Notes: generated by a model not told the origin, from the sequence alone. 64,000 bases of DNA from Escherichia coli (GCF_001677475.2 NZ_CP015229.1); one strand, 5' to 3'; positions 13,081 to 24,923 are shown, counted from the first letter of the stretch. Translations and numbers: made by a program.

Positions 13081-14169
13081 ATGAATAACCGGGAAAAGGA
13101 GATCCTTGCAATTTTACGGCGTAACCCGCTGATTCAGCAGAACGAAATTGCGGACATGCTGCAAATCAGTCGTTCGCGCGTTGCGGCGCATATTATGGAT
13201 TTAATGCGTAAAGGGCGGATTAAAGGCAAAGGTTACATTCTCACTGAGCAGGAATACTGCGTAGTGGTGGGGACAATCAATATGGATATTCGCGGGATGG
13301 CGGATATCCGTTACCCGCAAGCGGCTTCTCATCCCGGAACAATTCATTGCTCGGCGGGCGGCGTTGGACGCAATATCGCCCACAATCTGGCGCTGTTAGG
13401 CCGCGACGTCCATTTGCTTTCAGTGATTGGCGATGACTTTTATGGCGAAATGCTCCTGGAAGAAACGCGCCGTGCCGGCGTGAATGTCTCCGGCTGCGTT
13501 CGTTTACATGGCCGAAGCACATCGACGTATCTGGCAATTGCCAATCGAGACGATGAAACCGTGCTGGCGATTAACGATACCCATCTGCTGGAACAGTTAT
13601 CGCCGCAATTATTGAACGGGTCGCGCGATTTACTTCGTCATGCGGGCGTGGTACTGGCTGATTGCAACCTGACAGCCGAGGCGCTGGAGTGGGTCTTTAC
13701 CCTCGCTGATGAAATCCCGGTGTTTGTCGATACCGTTTCAGAATTCAAAGCGGGCAAAATCAAACACTGGCTGGCGCATATTCACACCCTGAAACCCACT
13801 TTACCGGAGCTGGAAATTATATGGGGACAGGCGATCACCAGCGATGCTGACCGTAATGCCGCAGTGAATGCATTGCATCAGCAAGGTGTTCAGCATCTGT
13901 TTGTTTATTTGCCCGATGAGTCAGTTTATTGCAGCGAAAAGGATGGAGAACAATTTTTGCTGACCGCGCCAGCGCATACGACAGTAGACAGTTTTGGTGC
14001 TGACGATGGTTTTATGGCGGGCCTGGTATATAGCTTTCTGGAGGGAAACAATTTCCGTGACAGCGCCCGTTTTGCGATGGCCTGCGCGGCAATTTCACGC
14101 GCCAGCGGCAGCTTAAACAACCCTACCCTGTCTGCCGATAACGCGCTTTCATTAGTGCCAATGGTGTAA
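13081..14169 (+). CDS. yeiI: PfkB-family sugar/nucleoside kinase with N-terminal HTH
   Basis: 362-aa ORF; N-terminal winged-HTH then ribokinase-like fold with GAGD motif near the C-terminus. Confidence 0.85.
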   Translation: MNNREKEILAILRRNPLIQQNEIADMLQISRSRVAAHIMDLMRKGRIKGKGYILTEQEYCVVVGTINMDIRGMADIRYPQAASHPGTIHCSAGGVGRNIAHNLALLGRDVHLLSVIGDDFYGEMLLEETRRAGVNVSGCVRLHGRSTSTYLAIANRDDETVLAINDTHLLEQLSPQLLNGSRDLLRHAGVVLADCNLTAEALEWVFTLADEIPVFVDTVSEFKAGKIKHWLAHIHTLKPTLPELEIIWGQAITSDADRNAAVNALHQQGVQHLFVYLPDESVYCSEKDGEQFLLTAPAHTTVDSFGADDGFMAGLVYSFLEGNNFRDSARFAMACAAISRASGSLNNPTLSADNALSLVPMV

Positions 14170-14224
14170 CAATGTTGCCGGATTCGACGCTTGACCGCAT
14201 CTTATCCGGCTCATAAATCGCGCA

Positions 14225-15475
14225 CTACGCTAAGCCAATAAAGAATCCTGCAATGGTGGCACTCATCAGGTTAGAAAGTGTCGCCGCCGCCAGCGCGCGT
14301 AAACCAAGCTGGGCGATTTCCGGCGCACGGTGTGGCGCAACCGCAGAAAACGCCCCCACCACCACCCCGATAGAACCAAAGTTAGCGAAACCGCACAACG
14401 CGAAGGAAATAATCGCCACGGTTTTAGCATCCAGAGTGCAAGCCGTTTGCAGATAGGGTGAGAAATTGAGATAAGCGACAAATTCATTTATTGCCAGTTT
14501 CTGTCCAATCAAACTCCCGGCAAGATTCGCATCACTCCAGTCAACACCCATCACCCACGCTAGTGGGGCCAGCAGGTAACCTAAAATGGACTCCAGCGAG
14601 GCATGTTCAAAACCAAACCAGCCGCCAACGCCGCCGATAATACCGTTAATTAACGCAATGATAGCGACAAATGCCATCACCACTGTCGCCACACCTGCGG
14701 CGATTTTCAGCCCGGTCATTGCCCCTGTCGCAGCGGCTTCAATAATGCTTTTTGGCGGTGTTTCGGTGAAAGAGAGGTTATTAAAGGAAACCTGCGAAGA
14801 TTCCGTTGCCGGGCTTAACAGGCGGGCAAACAAGATCCCGCCGGGGATCGCCATTAACGATGCCGCCAGCAGATATTCCACAGGCACGCCCAGTGCGGCG
14901 TAACCAATCATTGTCGAACCAGCAATCGAGGCCATCCCGCTACAAATCGCTGTAAATAGTTCATTGCGATTCAGACGATCGATAAAGGGTTTGACGATTG
15001 CCGGAATTTCGTTTTGCCCGAGGAAAATGGTAGTGACCGCGACGAATGACTCAATCTTGCTGATATTTAATGCTTTCTGGAATATACCGCCGAGAATGCG
15101 AATTAAGATCCCCATCACACCGATGTAGTAGAGAATACTCACCAGTGCTGTAACGAAGATAATTGCCGGTAATACCCTGAAGCCAAAGATAAATCCTGCG
15201 CCATCAAATAAGGTGTCCATTTTCGGTCCGACCAGAGAACCGAAGATAAAAGCGCTACCTGCATCGCTGTACGCCATCACTTTATGCACGCCAAAAGCGA
15301 CTTTTTCAGCGACCCAACGCCCTGGAGGTAACCAAAGCATAATCCCGCCAATCACGACCTGTAATACCAGCGCCGCACCGACAGTACGCAGGCTGATCTT
15401 CTTCTTGTTTACTGACAGTAAAAATGCAATTGCCAGCAGTACCACCATTCCCAGAACACTTCTCATGACATCCAT
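14225..15475 (-). CDS. nupX: Nucleoside permease (CNT/NupC family)
   Basis: 416-aa ORF, paralogous to the psuT ORF at 17412-18662 (near-identical N- and C-termini). Confidence 0.9.
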   Translation of the reverse strand: MDVMRSVLGMVVLLAIAFLLSVNKKKISLRTVGAALVLQVVIGGIMLWLPPGRWVAEKVAFGVHKVMAYSDAGSAFIFGSLVGPKMDTLFDGAGFIFGFRVLPAIIFVTALVSILYYIGVMGILIRILGGIFQKALNISKIESFVAVTTIFLGQNEIPAIVKPFIDRLNRNELFTAICSGMASIAGSTMIGYAALGVPVEYLLAASLMAIPGGILFARLLSPATESSQVSFNNLSFTETPPKSIIEAAATGAMTGLKIAAGVATVVMAFVAIIALINGIIGGVGGWFGFEHASLESILGYLLAPLAWVMGVDWSDANLAGSLIGQKLAINEFVAYLNFSPYLQTACTLDAKTVAIISFALCGFANFGSIGVVVGAFSAVAPHRAPEIAQLGLRALAAATLSNLMSATIAGFFIGLA

Positions 15476-15574
15476 AGTTATTATCTCTTCATGTCATTTT
15501 GGGCGACGGCTTTCTGCCCATCAGAAATAGCCGGGCCTGCATCTTGCGATACTGACCCGGCTTGTTATCAACAC

Positions 15575-16516
15575 TTAATGGGTTTTGATATAGCCGCGCA
15601 CGCACTCTTCGACTAATCCCCAGAACCAGTCGGTATCAATAGTGATGCCGACTTTGGTATTAGCGGGCTTGCCAAGAACGCCCAGCTCGTCGCAGACAGT
15701 ACGCCCATAGCAAGGTCCACTGTTGACGTCCACTTCGACGTACATCTCCTGGGTTTTAATGCCATCAGGGTTAATCAGATAACCGATGCAGGTGGCGTCA
15801 TGCACCGGGCCGCCAGCCAGGCCGTAGTTTTCGAACTGGGTTTTGAGAGTGAAGTTCATGATGTCGCTGAACAGCTCTCCGGCAGGGCCGCCTGCCCTTT
15901 CCATTCGTGCAATCACGTCCGGGGTGCAAACGGTCTGGTTGGTGAGATCGAGGCCCATCATTACTAATGGAACGCCGGAGGTGAACACCACACGTGCCGC
16001 TTCCGGGTCAGCAAAGATGTTGAACTCGGCAGATGGGGTGAAGTTGCCAGTACCGTAAGCGCCGCCCATTAGCACTATTTCACGGATTTTCGGCAGGATT
16101 GCTGGTTGCATACGCATTGCCACCGCGATATTTGAAAGCGGACCAACCGGCACCAAAGTGATATCGCCATCGCTTGCCATCAGGGTATCAATGATATATT
16201 TCACCGCATGAGTGCTTTCTGCCTGGCGGGTCAGCGGCTCGAATACCGGGCCATCCAGTCCGGTTTCACCGTGAATATTATCGGCAACGATTTGTTGCCG
16301 CATAATGGGCTGTGGCATCCCCGCATAAACCGGAACATTAATCTCCAGTTTCTGGCAAACATTCAGACCATTAATTAATGTTTTATCGAGGGTTTGATTA
16401 CCCGCTACAATGGTGATACCTAATAAATCAATCGCCGGATGTTTCGCTGCCATCATCATTGCAATAGCATCATCATGACCCGGATCACAATCCAGAATAA
16501 TTTTTCTCTTTTCCAT
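15575..16516 (-). CDS. rihB: Pyrimidine-specific ribonucleoside hydrolase
   Basis: 313-aa ORF with N-terminal DCDPGHDDA nucleoside-hydrolase signature. Confidence 0.9.
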   Translation of the reverse strand: MEKRKIILDCDPGHDDAIAMMMAAKHPAIDLLGITIVAGNQTLDKTLINGLNVCQKLEINVPVYAGMPQPIMRQQIVADNIHGETGLDGPVFEPLTRQAESTHAVKYIIDTLMASDGDITLVPVGPLSNIAVAMRMQPAILPKIREIVLMGGAYGTGNFTPSAEFNIFADPEAARVVFTSGVPLVMMGLDLTNQTVCTPDVIARMERAGGPAGELFSDIMNFTLKTQFENYGLAGGPVHDATCIGYLINPDGIKTQEMYVEVDVNSGPCYGRTVCDELGVLGKPANTKVGITIDTDWFWGLVEECVRGYIKTH

Positions 16517-16684
16517 TGTTTATTTCCTCTGTTTCCAGTTGCGTTATTTTTTCTACAGCAAAGAAAATTCGACCGGGCCGATGATTGAATCTTAACAACA
16601 GCGTACGTATGCTAAATATGAGAAATCTCATAGCGGATAAACATCGTGAAAGAAATCCACAATAATGATCTTAAGCAGCAATTG

Positions 16685-17344
16685 ATGAGTGAATCCGCGT
16701 TTAAGGATTGCTTTTCAACGGATATTTCAGCCGATACGCGGCTGTTTCATTTTTTAGCGCGTGACTACATTGTGCAGGAAGGGCAACAGCCATCCTGGCT
16801 GTTTTACTTGACGCGAGGCCGCGCCAGGCTTTACGCCACGCTTGCTAATGGTCGCGTGTCGCTGATCGATTTCTTTGCCGCGCCCTGTTTTATTGGCGAG
16901 ATTGAGTTAATCGATAAAGACCATGAACCGCGTGCGGTGCAGGCTATTGAAGAGTGTTGGTGTCTTGCGCTCCCTATGAAACATTACCGCCCGCTGTTAT
17001 TAAACGACACGCTATTTTTACGAAAACTCTGCGTCACCTTAAGTCATAAAAATTACCGTAATATTGTTTCTTTAACTCAGAATCAATCATTTCCGTTAGT
17101 GAATCGCCTGGCAGCTTTTATATTACTCTCGCAGGAGGGTGATCTTTATCACGAAAAACATACCCAGGCAGCAGAGTATTTAGGTGTTACTTATCGTCAC
17201 TTGCTATATGTGATCGCTCAACTCATTCACGACGGTTTATTAATTAAAAGTAAGAAAGGGTATTTAATTAAAAACAGAAAGCAGTTGTCAGGACTGGCGC
17301 TGGAGATGGACCCGGAGAATAAATTCTCCGGGATGATGCAGTAA
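16685..17344 (+). CDS. yeiL: CRP/FNR-family transcriptional regulator
   Basis: cNMP-binding-like domain plus C-terminal HTH; start taken at MSESAFKD (the ORF track extends 13 codons upstream to 16646). Confidence 0.8.
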   Translation: MSESAFKDCFSTDISADTRLFHFLARDYIVQEGQQPSWLFYLTRGRARLYATLANGRVSLIDFFAAPCFIGEIELIDKDHEPRAVQAIEECWCLALPMKHYRPLLLNDTLFLRKLCVTLSHKNYRNIVSLTQNQSFPLVNRLAAFILLSQEGDLYHEKHTQAAEYLGVTYRHLLYVIAQLIHDGLLIKSKKGYLIKNRKQLSGLALEMDPENKFSGMMQ

Positions 17345-17411
17345 AAAATAATCTGCAATAGCGCGATTGCCGGATGCAACGCTTAATAAGGCGTACATCC
17401 GGCAATGAAAC

Positions 17412-18662
17412 TCAAGCTAAACCAATAAAGAACCCGGCGATGGTCGCGCTCATCAGGTTGGAAAGCGTTGCTGCTGCCAGCGCCCGTAAACCAAGCTGGG
17501 CGATTTCCGGCGCGCGTTTTGGCGAAATAGCCGAAAATGCGCCAACGACAACACCGATAGAACCAAAGTTAGCAAAACCACAAAGCGCAAAGGAGATAAT
17601 CGCCACGGTTTTCACTTCCAGCGTGCCGCCCGTTTGCAGGTATGGGGAGAAACTCAGGTAAGCGACGAATTCGTTAATCGCCAGTTTCTGCCCAATCAGG
17701 CTACCCGCAAGGTTGGCATCACTCCAGTCCACGCCCATAATCCACGCCAGCGGTGCCAGCACATAGCCAAAAATACTTTCCAGAGAGGCATTGGCGAAAC
17801 CAAACCAGCCGCCAATTCCGCCGATAATGCCGTTGATCAGCGCAATAATTGCGACAAACGCCATTACCACCGTCGCCACACCGGCGGCGATTTTCAACCC
17901 GGTCATCGCACCGCTCGCCGCTGCTTCGATAAAGCTTTTTGGCGGCGTTTCGCTGAACGACAGATTTTCAAATGTCACCTGCGAAGGCTCGGTTGCCGGG
18001 CTAAGAATACGTGCAAACAAAATACCGCCAGGGATCGCCATCAGCGATGCCGCTAACAGGTAGTCAATTGGTACGCCCATTCCGGCATAACCAATCATCA
18101 TCGAACCAGCAATGGACGCCATCCCGCTACAAATTGCGGTAAACAACTCGTTGCGATTCATACGTTCGATAAACGGTTTAACGATCGCAGGGATCTCATT
18201 TTGCCCGAGGAAAATAGTAGTAACCGCAACAAAAGATTCGATTTTGCTGATGTTGAGGGCTTTCTGGAAAATGCTGCCAAGGATGCGAATCAGCAGCCCC
18301 ATCACGCCAATGTAGTACAGCAGACTGATGAGCGCAGTAACGAAAATAATCGCCGGAAGTACGCGAAAGGCGAAGATAAAACCCGCACCGTCAAACAGGA
18401 CATCCATTTTCGGCCCAACCAGCGAACCAAAAATGAAGGCGCTACCGGCATCACTGTAAGACATCACTTTATGAACGCCTAATGCCGCCTGTTCTACTGC
18501 CCATTTTCCCGGTGGGAAGTAGAGCATGATGCCACCAATAGCGATTTGCAGCAGCAGTGCGGCTCCAACCGTGCGCAAACTGATGCCCTTTTTATTCACT
18601 GACAACAGAAATGCTATTGCCAGTAACACCACCATCCCCACAACACTTCTCATTATATCCAT
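17412..18662 (-). CDS. psuT: Pseudouridine/nucleoside transporter (NupC family)
   Basis: 416-aa ORF paralogous to nupX; heads the psuT-psuG-psuK gene string. Confidence 0.85.
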   Translation of the reverse strand: MDIMRSVVGMVVLLAIAFLLSVNKKGISLRTVGAALLLQIAIGGIMLYFPPGKWAVEQAALGVHKVMSYSDAGSAFIFGSLVGPKMDVLFDGAGFIFAFRVLPAIIFVTALISLLYYIGVMGLLIRILGSIFQKALNISKIESFVAVTTIFLGQNEIPAIVKPFIERMNRNELFTAICSGMASIAGSMMIGYAGMGVPIDYLLAASLMAIPGGILFARILSPATEPSQVTFENLSFSETPPKSFIEAAASGAMTGLKIAAGVATVVMAFVAIIALINGIIGGIGGWFGFANASLESIFGYVLAPLAWIMGVDWSDANLAGSLIGQKLAINEFVAYLSFSPYLQTGGTLEVKTVAIISFALCGFANFGSIGVVVGAFSAISPKRAPEIAQLGLRALAAATLSNLMSATIAGFFIGLA

Positions 18663-18755
18663 AATGATTTTCCCTTCATGCCAGTAAACCCGGCGGCAGC
18701 GCCAGGTTTTGGTATGTTTGATGAGTACGGGCGACGGCTTTCTGCCCGTCAGAAA

Positions 18756-19694
18756 TTAACCCGCGAGACGCTGGTATTCTTTGGCAATTTCACTCGCCAG
18801 AATGGCGTTGTTGAACACCAGTTGGATGTTGGATTTCAGGCTGTCACCGCCGGTCAGTTCAGCAACGCGCGCCAGCAGGAATGGCGTACTTTCTTTACCA
18901 ATAACACCCTGCGCTTCAGCTTCAGCTACCGCCTGATCGATCGCCGCATTGATAGTGTGTTCCGGCATAGCAAACTGTTCCGGGATCGGGTTCGCTACCA
19001 CGAGGCCACCGTTCAGCCCGCTTTGCCATTTCACCGCCATTGCACGGGCAATTTCGCTGGCGCTGTCGAGACGAATGCTGACGTCAAACGGGCTGGTGCG
19101 GCAGAAAAACGCAGGCAGCGCTTTTGTCTGATAGCCAATTAACGGCACACCAAAGGTTTCTAAATACTCAGTGGTTAATCCTAAATCGAGAATAGATTTC
19201 GCCCCGGCACAAACAACGGTGACATTAGTATTTGCCAGTTCTTGCAAATCGGCAGAAATATCGAAGGTATGTTCCGCCCCGCGATGCACACCACCAATTC
19301 CCCCGGTGGCAAATACTTTAATTCCGGCAAGCGCCGCAATAATCATCGTTGAAGCCACAGTGGTTGCGCCATTTTTTCCGGCGGCAACAACAAAAGGTAA
19401 ATCGCGACGACTAACTTTGGTCACGTTATGCCCTTCACGACCCAGTAATTCAATTTCTTCTTTGCTTAAACCCACTTTCATCACGCCGCCAATAATGGCG
19501 ATAGTGGCAGGTACTGCGCCCTGTTTACGAATAGTTTCTTCTACTTCAATTGCGGTCTTGGCATTTTGTGGGAACGGCATCCCGTGAGAAATAATGGTTG
19601 ATTCCAGCGCCACAACCGGTTTTTTGTTTTTTAAAGCGTCCTGCACTTCCGGGGAAATTTGTAATAATTCAGGGGAAATTTTTAATTCAGACAT
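18756..19694 (-). CDS. psuG: Pseudouridine-5'-phosphate glycosidase
   Basis: 312-aa ORF of the indigoidine-synthase-A-like family; overlaps the psuK stop. Confidence 0.85.
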   Translation of the reverse strand: MSELKISPELLQISPEVQDALKNKKPVVALESTIISHGMPFPQNAKTAIEVEETIRKQGAVPATIAIIGGVMKVGLSKEEIELLGREGHNVTKVSRRDLPFVVAAGKNGATTVASTMIIAALAGIKVFATGGIGGVHRGAEHTFDISADLQELANTNVTVVCAGAKSILDLGLTTEYLETFGVPLIGYQTKALPAFFCRTSPFDVSIRLDSASEIARAMAVKWQSGLNGGLVVANPIPEQFAMPEHTINAAIDQAVAEAEAQGVIGKESTPFLLARVAELTGGDSLKSNIQLVFNNAILASEIAKEYQRLAG

Positions 19695-20623
19695 TCTGCG
19701 TTCTCCACTAACGATATAACGTTGGCAATCGATAAATCGGGGTTATTGGTGTATTCACAGGAGAGCGCCATTGACGAACATCCCTGTGCGAAACGAACAG
19801 ATTCGGCAAACGGCATTCCGTCTACCCAACACGAAGCAAGTCCCGCCATCATGGCATCGCCCGCTCCGGTAACATTAATAACATTGGTTTTGATCGGGGC
19901 AGACCAGCCACTTTCACCGCTGATATCACTGTAATAAACGCCATCGCCGCCCATGCTCAATACCAGTCGGTTCAGGCCATGTTGATGGAACCAGGCAGCA
20001 ACTTTTGCCACATCTTCACGCCCTGACAGCGCAATCCCACTCAGGGTTTCCGCTTCAAGGCGGTTTGGCTTCAGAGTGTGGATCTGATTTAGACGGTCGC
20101 GCACTTTGACACATTTCCACGCTGAAACCGGATCGACAAATACGGGTACGTTGGCGGCATTATCCAGAATCCATGCCAGTGCCTCTTCACTGATATTACA
20201 GTCCGCGACAATGACCTTTGCCCTCTGAATAAATTCACGGTGCTGTGCGAGATATTCAGCTGTAATAGCGTTGCTAATATTCATGTCATTTATAGCAACC
20301 AGCATTTCACCGGTATTATCGAGTAATGATAAATAACTCGACGTATTTTCTCCCGGCACAATCAGGCATTTATCGACATAAACGCCAGATTGATTGGTTT
20401 GCGTTAGCAGCGATTGACCATAAAAATCACTGCCTACGGCGCTCAGTAGCCAGGCTTTGTTACCCAGCAACGCCAGGTTTTGTGCAATATTGCGCCCTAC
20501 TCCACCAGGCGTAAATTTTATTTTACCTGGATTTGAATCCGCATAATTTAATGATTCATGTGAATATCCGGCGACATCAATATTCGCCGAACCTATAATT
20601 ACGACATAATCCTTTTCGCGCAT
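19682..20623 (-). CDS. psuK: Pseudouridine kinase (PfkB family)
   Basis: 313-aa ribokinase-like ORF with GAGD motif. Confidence 0.85.
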   Translation of the reverse strand: MREKDYVVIIGSANIDVAGYSHESLNYADSNPGKIKFTPGGVGRNIAQNLALLGNKAWLLSAVGSDFYGQSLLTQTNQSGVYVDKCLIVPGENTSSYLSLLDNTGEMLVAINDMNISNAITAEYLAQHREFIQRAKVIVADCNISEEALAWILDNAANVPVFVDPVSAWKCVKVRDRLNQIHTLKPNRLEAETLSGIALSGREDVAKVAAWFHQHGLNRLVLSMGGDGVYYSDISGESGWSAPIKTNVINVTGAGDAMMAGLASCWVDGMPFAESVRFAQGCSSMALSCEYTNNPDLSIANVISLVENAECLN

Positions 20624-21046
20624 AGCACGTCCTCTGGTAAAAAATTACCAACCCTGTCAATCCACAAGAATATAGATACTGCAAAGACGGTTTAAACATG
20701 TGTTCATATTTAAACATGTGCTCATAGTATGCATGTTTTACGTAAAGTAAATTACCGCCAGAGAGGCAAAATGGGCAGATTTGAGCAGGCTCACAAAATG
20801 CGATTAAATGCCTGAATTACAAAAGCGAGGAATTTGTGACGGGATGCACAGAACATGAACACTAAAAAAGGGCAGAAAATAATCTGCCCTTGAGGAAATA
20901 ACCTTAGTGTTTGATGAACGTTTCAGGTTTCTACTGAAAGATAAAACCATTTAAATTCATAAAATTACATTCACAAACCGGTCATTCTCTTTGCGCTCAT
21001 CCAATGATACAGGGCAGGAAATTTCTGCCCTGTAACACACCTTTTA

Positions 21047-22738
21047 TTACGCTGCTTTCGCTACTGCGTCCACTTCCGGACGTTTCAGGAAGGCATAGGC
21101 CAAACCCGCCACCAGCGTACCGGCAATAATTGCTACCAGGTAACCCAGTACCGGCGTAATGGCGCCTGGGATCAGCAGAACAAACAGACCACCGTGTGGT
21201 GCCATCAGTTTCGCACCAATCGCCATTGAGATTGCACCAGTCAGCGCCCCACCCACGATACAGCACGGCAGCACTCGCATCGGATCACGGGCGGCAAACG
21301 GAATTGCACCTTCCGAAATAAAGCACAGACCAAGAACCAGAGCGGCTTTGCCACCTTCCTGCTGCGCTTTGTCGAATTTGCGACGCGCCACCATTGTTGC
21401 CAGGCCCATTGCCAGCGGTGGCACCATACCTGCCGCCATAATCGCCGCCATCGGGCCATAGGTTTGAGTACTCAGCAGACCCACACCGAACGCGTACGCT
21501 GCTTTGTTTACCGGACCGCCCATGTCAGTACACATCATGCCACCGAGGATCGCCCCCAGCAGAACCGCATTCGCAGTCCCCATGGTCTGCAGCCAGTGAG
21601 TCAACCCTTCGAGAATGCCAGCAACCGGTTTACCGATCAGGTAGATCATCGCCAGACCGACCACCAGACTGGAAATTAGCGGAATGATCAGGATCGGTTT
21701 CAGCGCCTCCATACTCTGTGGCAGTTTCAGTTGCGTACTGATTAACTTCGCAATGTAACCAGCCAGGAAGCCCGCAATAATACCGCCAATGAAGCCAGAA
21801 CCGGTGCTGACAGCCAGCATACCGCCAATCAGACCCGGCGTGAGGCCCGGACGATCGGCAATGGAGAAGGCAATATAACCTGCCAGTACCGGCACCATCA
21901 GCGCAAAGGCTGAACCACCACCAATCTGCATCAGCGCCGCTGCCAACGTACCCGGCTCTTTAAACGCTTCGATACCAAAAGCAAAAGAAAGCGCGATACA
22001 CAGACCACCTGCAACGACCATCGGCAGCATGTAAGAAACGCCCGTCAGCAAGTGACGGTAAGCGCCCGCACTCTCTTTCTTACCTTCAGTAGTCGCCGTT
22101 TGAGCTTTGCCCGCCGGTTCATACGGCGTTGCTTCAGCAACCGCTTTATCCAGTTCCTGCGCGGTTTTCTTCAGCGCCAGACCGGTAGAGGTGCGATACA
22201 TCGGTTTACCAGCAAATTTCGCCAGATCCACTTCAATATCTGCCGCCACAATCACCAGATCCGCTGCGGCTACTTCTTCGGGAGTGATTGCATTACCCGC
22301 GCCAACAGAACCACGGGTTTCAACTTTCACCCACCAGCCACGTTTTTTCGCTTCGGTTTCAATGGCTTCAGCCGCCATAAAGGTGTGTGCTACGCCAGTC
22401 GGGCAAGCAGTCACCGCAACTACGCGTTTCGGACCGCTGGCGGCAACCGGTGCTGTCGCAGCGACCGGCGCAGTGTAAGGTTTCGCATGGCCTTTGGCTT
22501 CACTCAGGAACAGCTCAGGGTGCGCAACTGCCCGGGAAATATCGCCCAGCCAGACATTTTTACCGTTCAGCGCGCTGTCGTTCGGGATGGAGTCACCGAG
22601 AACAATCGCCATTTCAGCGTCGTTCGGATTGTCGATGATTTCCAGTTTTGCTTTTCGCGCCGCCGCGCCCAGCAGGGTCTTCGCCATATAGGCGCGTGCC
22701 TGACCGAGATTAGCGTCAATAATCAGCAGCGTTTTCAT
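21047..22738 (-). CDS. fruA: PTS fructose-specific EIIB'BC component
   Basis: 563-aa ORF with duplicated IIB domain and IIC membrane domain. Confidence 0.95.
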   Translation of the reverse strand: MKTLLIIDANLGQARAYMAKTLLGAAARKAKLEIIDNPNDAEMAIVLGDSIPNDSALNGKNVWLGDISRAVAHPELFLSEAKGHAKPYTAPVAATAPVAASGPKRVVAVTACPTGVAHTFMAAEAIETEAKKRGWWVKVETRGSVGAGNAITPEEVAAADLVIVAADIEVDLAKFAGKPMYRTSTGLALKKTAQELDKAVAEATPYEPAGKAQTATTEGKKESAGAYRHLLTGVSYMLPMVVAGGLCIALSFAFGIEAFKEPGTLAAALMQIGGGSAFALMVPVLAGYIAFSIADRPGLTPGLIGGMLAVSTGSGFIGGIIAGFLAGYIAKLISTQLKLPQSMEALKPILIIPLISSLVVGLAMIYLIGKPVAGILEGLTHWLQTMGTANAVLLGAILGGMMCTDMGGPVNKAAYAFGVGLLSTQTYGPMAAIMAAGMVPPLAMGLATMVARRKFDKAQQEGGKAALVLGLCFISEGAIPFAARDPMRVLPCCIVGGALTGAISMAIGAKLMAPHGGLFVLLIPGAITPVLGYLVAIIAGTLVAGLAYAFLKRPEVDAVAKAA

Positions 22739-22754
22739 TATGCCTCTCCTGCTG

Positions 22755-23693
22755 TCAGTTAAAAGGTTGTAAGTCGACGCGCGCCATCATTGCGGCCAAC
22801 TGCGGACGATCGGTAATACCCACATTGCTTTGACTTACCGCCAGGGCTGCAACAGCTGTCGCCAGACGCAGTGTGTGTTCACTGGATTCACGCATCAGCA
22901 AGCCATAAATCAGGCCACCAACCATAGAATCCCCTGCGCCAACGGTGCTTACGACATCGACTGACGGTGGTTTGGCGATCCATTCGCCGGAGGCATTAAC
23001 CCAAAGCGCGCCTTCGGCACCCAGTGAAATAACGACATGCGCGATACCTTGTTCACGCAGCGCATGCGCAGCTTCAATCACATCTTTCATTTCAGGCAGT
23101 TTACGGCCCGCCCAGATTTCCAGCTCGCGGCGGTTAGGTTTCACCAGCCACGGTGCCGCTTTCAAACCTGCCACTAACGCTTCACGGCTACTATCAAAGA
23201 TAATGCAAGGACACTGACTACGCAGGCGAGTCATCCAGTCGGTGAACGCTTCCGGGCTGACGCCTGACGGTAAGCTTCCGCTGACACAGACCATATCGAA
23301 CTGACCGAGCCAGCTCAGAGAATCAGTCACAAAGCGTTCCCAGTCAGCGGGGGTGACTTCAAAACCCGAGAAGTTGAAGTCGGTCACTTCGCCGTCTTTT
23401 TCCGTCAGCTTAACGTTAATTCGGGTGCGCCCCTGTACAACCTGGAAACGGTTGGCAATGCCCAGCTCGCTGAACAGTTGCTGAAAACCATCCTGATTGT
23501 CTTTACCGAGGAAGCCGCCAACGGTGACATCAATTCCCAGGTCTTTTAATACTTTGGCCACGTTGATGCCTTTACCCGCCGCATGCAGACCGGTGGTTTT
23601 CACCAGGTTCACTTCGCCGCGTTCAATTTCCGGGCAGAAACCAACAAGGTCATAAGCCGGATTAAGGGTAATCGTAGCAACACGTCTGCTCAT
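22755..23693 (-). CDS. fruK: 1-phosphofructokinase
   Basis: 312-aa PfkB-family ORF between fruB and fruA. Confidence 0.95.
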   Translation of the reverse strand: MSRRVATITLNPAYDLVGFCPEIERGEVNLVKTTGLHAAGKGINVAKVLKDLGIDVTVGGFLGKDNQDGFQQLFSELGIANRFQVVQGRTRINVKLTEKDGEVTDFNFSGFEVTPADWERFVTDSLSWLGQFDMVCVSGSLPSGVSPEAFTDWMTRLRSQCPCIIFDSSREALVAGLKAAPWLVKPNRRELEIWAGRKLPEMKDVIEAAHALREQGIAHVVISLGAEGALWVNASGEWIAKPPSVDVVSTVGAGDSMVGGLIYGLLMRESSEHTLRLATAVAALAVSQSNVGITDRPQLAAMMARVDLQPFN

Positions 23694-24823
23694 TATGCGC
23701 CCTCCCCAAGACCAGCAGCGATAGCGTCGCCGATTGCTTTCAGCGCCTGTTCAGCATCTGCACCCTGGGCGGTAAAGCGTAGGCGATGACCTTTCTTAAC
23801 GCCAAGTGCCACAACTTTCATCAGACTACGTCCGTTTGCCGGTTTGCCGGTGCCATCAAGGTTTGTCACGGTAATATCACTGTTAAATTGTTTAATGGTA
23901 TTGACCAGCATGGTACCTGGACGAGCATGCAGGCCGTGTTCATTGCGCACCACAAACTCCGCGCTTAACACGTCGTCGGTCGGCGCATCATCGCTGGTCA
24001 GCAGCGCCAGCAACGTTGCCGCATCCGCTTTCAGCAAGCGGTCAGCTTTATTGTCGAGTAACAAATCAGCGAGACGCTTTAGAACCGCAATGGGCTGATC
24101 GTCATTCATCGCCACACTCACCAGCATGGCTGCCGTTTCGCCGTCCACATCAAAAGTATTTGCCGCACGGCTTACCGCAATCGCGCTACGCAGATTGCCT
24201 TCGGCGCTATCGCTCAGCCAGATACCCTGTCCGAGGTTCAGCGGTTGTTCATTGATGGCTTTGGTGACGAAAGTGGCGTCAACTGCCCCCGCCTCTTTCA
24301 GACGCGCAGCGTTCAGCGCCTGAAGAGTCAGCAGATCGCTGGTGACGATATCCAGCGTCAGCATTTCGTTGTCGAGCTTCAGCTGCTCACTCTGCTTTTC
24401 GCCCATCAGCAATGCGCGAAGTTCTTCTGCTGTTGTTGCTGACTTCAGTTGTTCAGCAACGGAATCATCGCTCAGTACGTGGGTCAGCTGGCGTAGCAGG
24501 CCCAGATGCTCATCCGAGCTGGCAGCAATACCGATCGCTACGTACGCTACCTGACCGTCACCCCAAGTGACGCCTTCCGGGAACTGAAATACCTGAACGC
24601 CGGTTTTCAGCACCTGATCGCGGGTGTCGGTAGTGCCGTGTGGAATAGCAATACCATTGCCGAGGAACGTTGAGGTTTGCTGTTCGCGCGCCAGCATGCC
24701 ATTGACGTAGCCTTCTGCTACATTACCGGCCTGCACCAGCGCCGCAGCGACCTGGCGAATCGCCTCTTCTTTGTCTCCGGCCTTTTCGCCCGGATGGATG
24801 TCCTGTACGGATAACTGGAACAT
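23693..24823 (-). CDS. fruB: PTS fructose-specific EIIA / FPr multiphosphoryl transfer protein
   Basis: 376-aa ORF with IIA(Fru) domain and C-terminal HPr-like domain. Confidence 0.95.
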   Translation of the reverse strand: MFQLSVQDIHPGEKAGDKEEAIRQVAAALVQAGNVAEGYVNGMLAREQQTSTFLGNGIAIPHGTTDTRDQVLKTGVQVFQFPEGVTWGDGQVAYVAIGIAASSDEHLGLLRQLTHVLSDDSVAEQLKSATTAEELRALLMGEKQSEQLKLDNEMLTLDIVTSDLLTLQALNAARLKEAGAVDATFVTKAINEQPLNLGQGIWLSDSAEGNLRSAIAVSRAANTFDVDGETAAMLVSVAMNDDQPIAVLKRLADLLLDNKADRLLKADAATLLALLTSDDAPTDDVLSAEFVVRNEHGLHARPGTMLVNTIKQFNSDITVTNLDGTGKPANGRSLMKVVALGVKKGHRLRFTAQGADAEQALKAIGDAIAAGLGEGA

Positions 24824-24837
24824 AGTTCTCCTCTCTT

Positions 24838-24923
24838 GCTGAATTGAAACGATTCAGCTTCTATGAGAAAAAAAGCGCCAACCTGGCTTAGGGTTAAAGA
24901 CAAGATCGCGCTGAAACGTTTCA
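24838..24923. promoter_or_regulatory. Two Cra (FruR) operator-like sites in the fruBKA promoter region
   Basis: GCTGAATTGAAACGATTCAGC at 24838-24858 and GCTGAAACGTTTCA at 24910-24923, both matching the Cra consensus. Confidence 0.6.
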
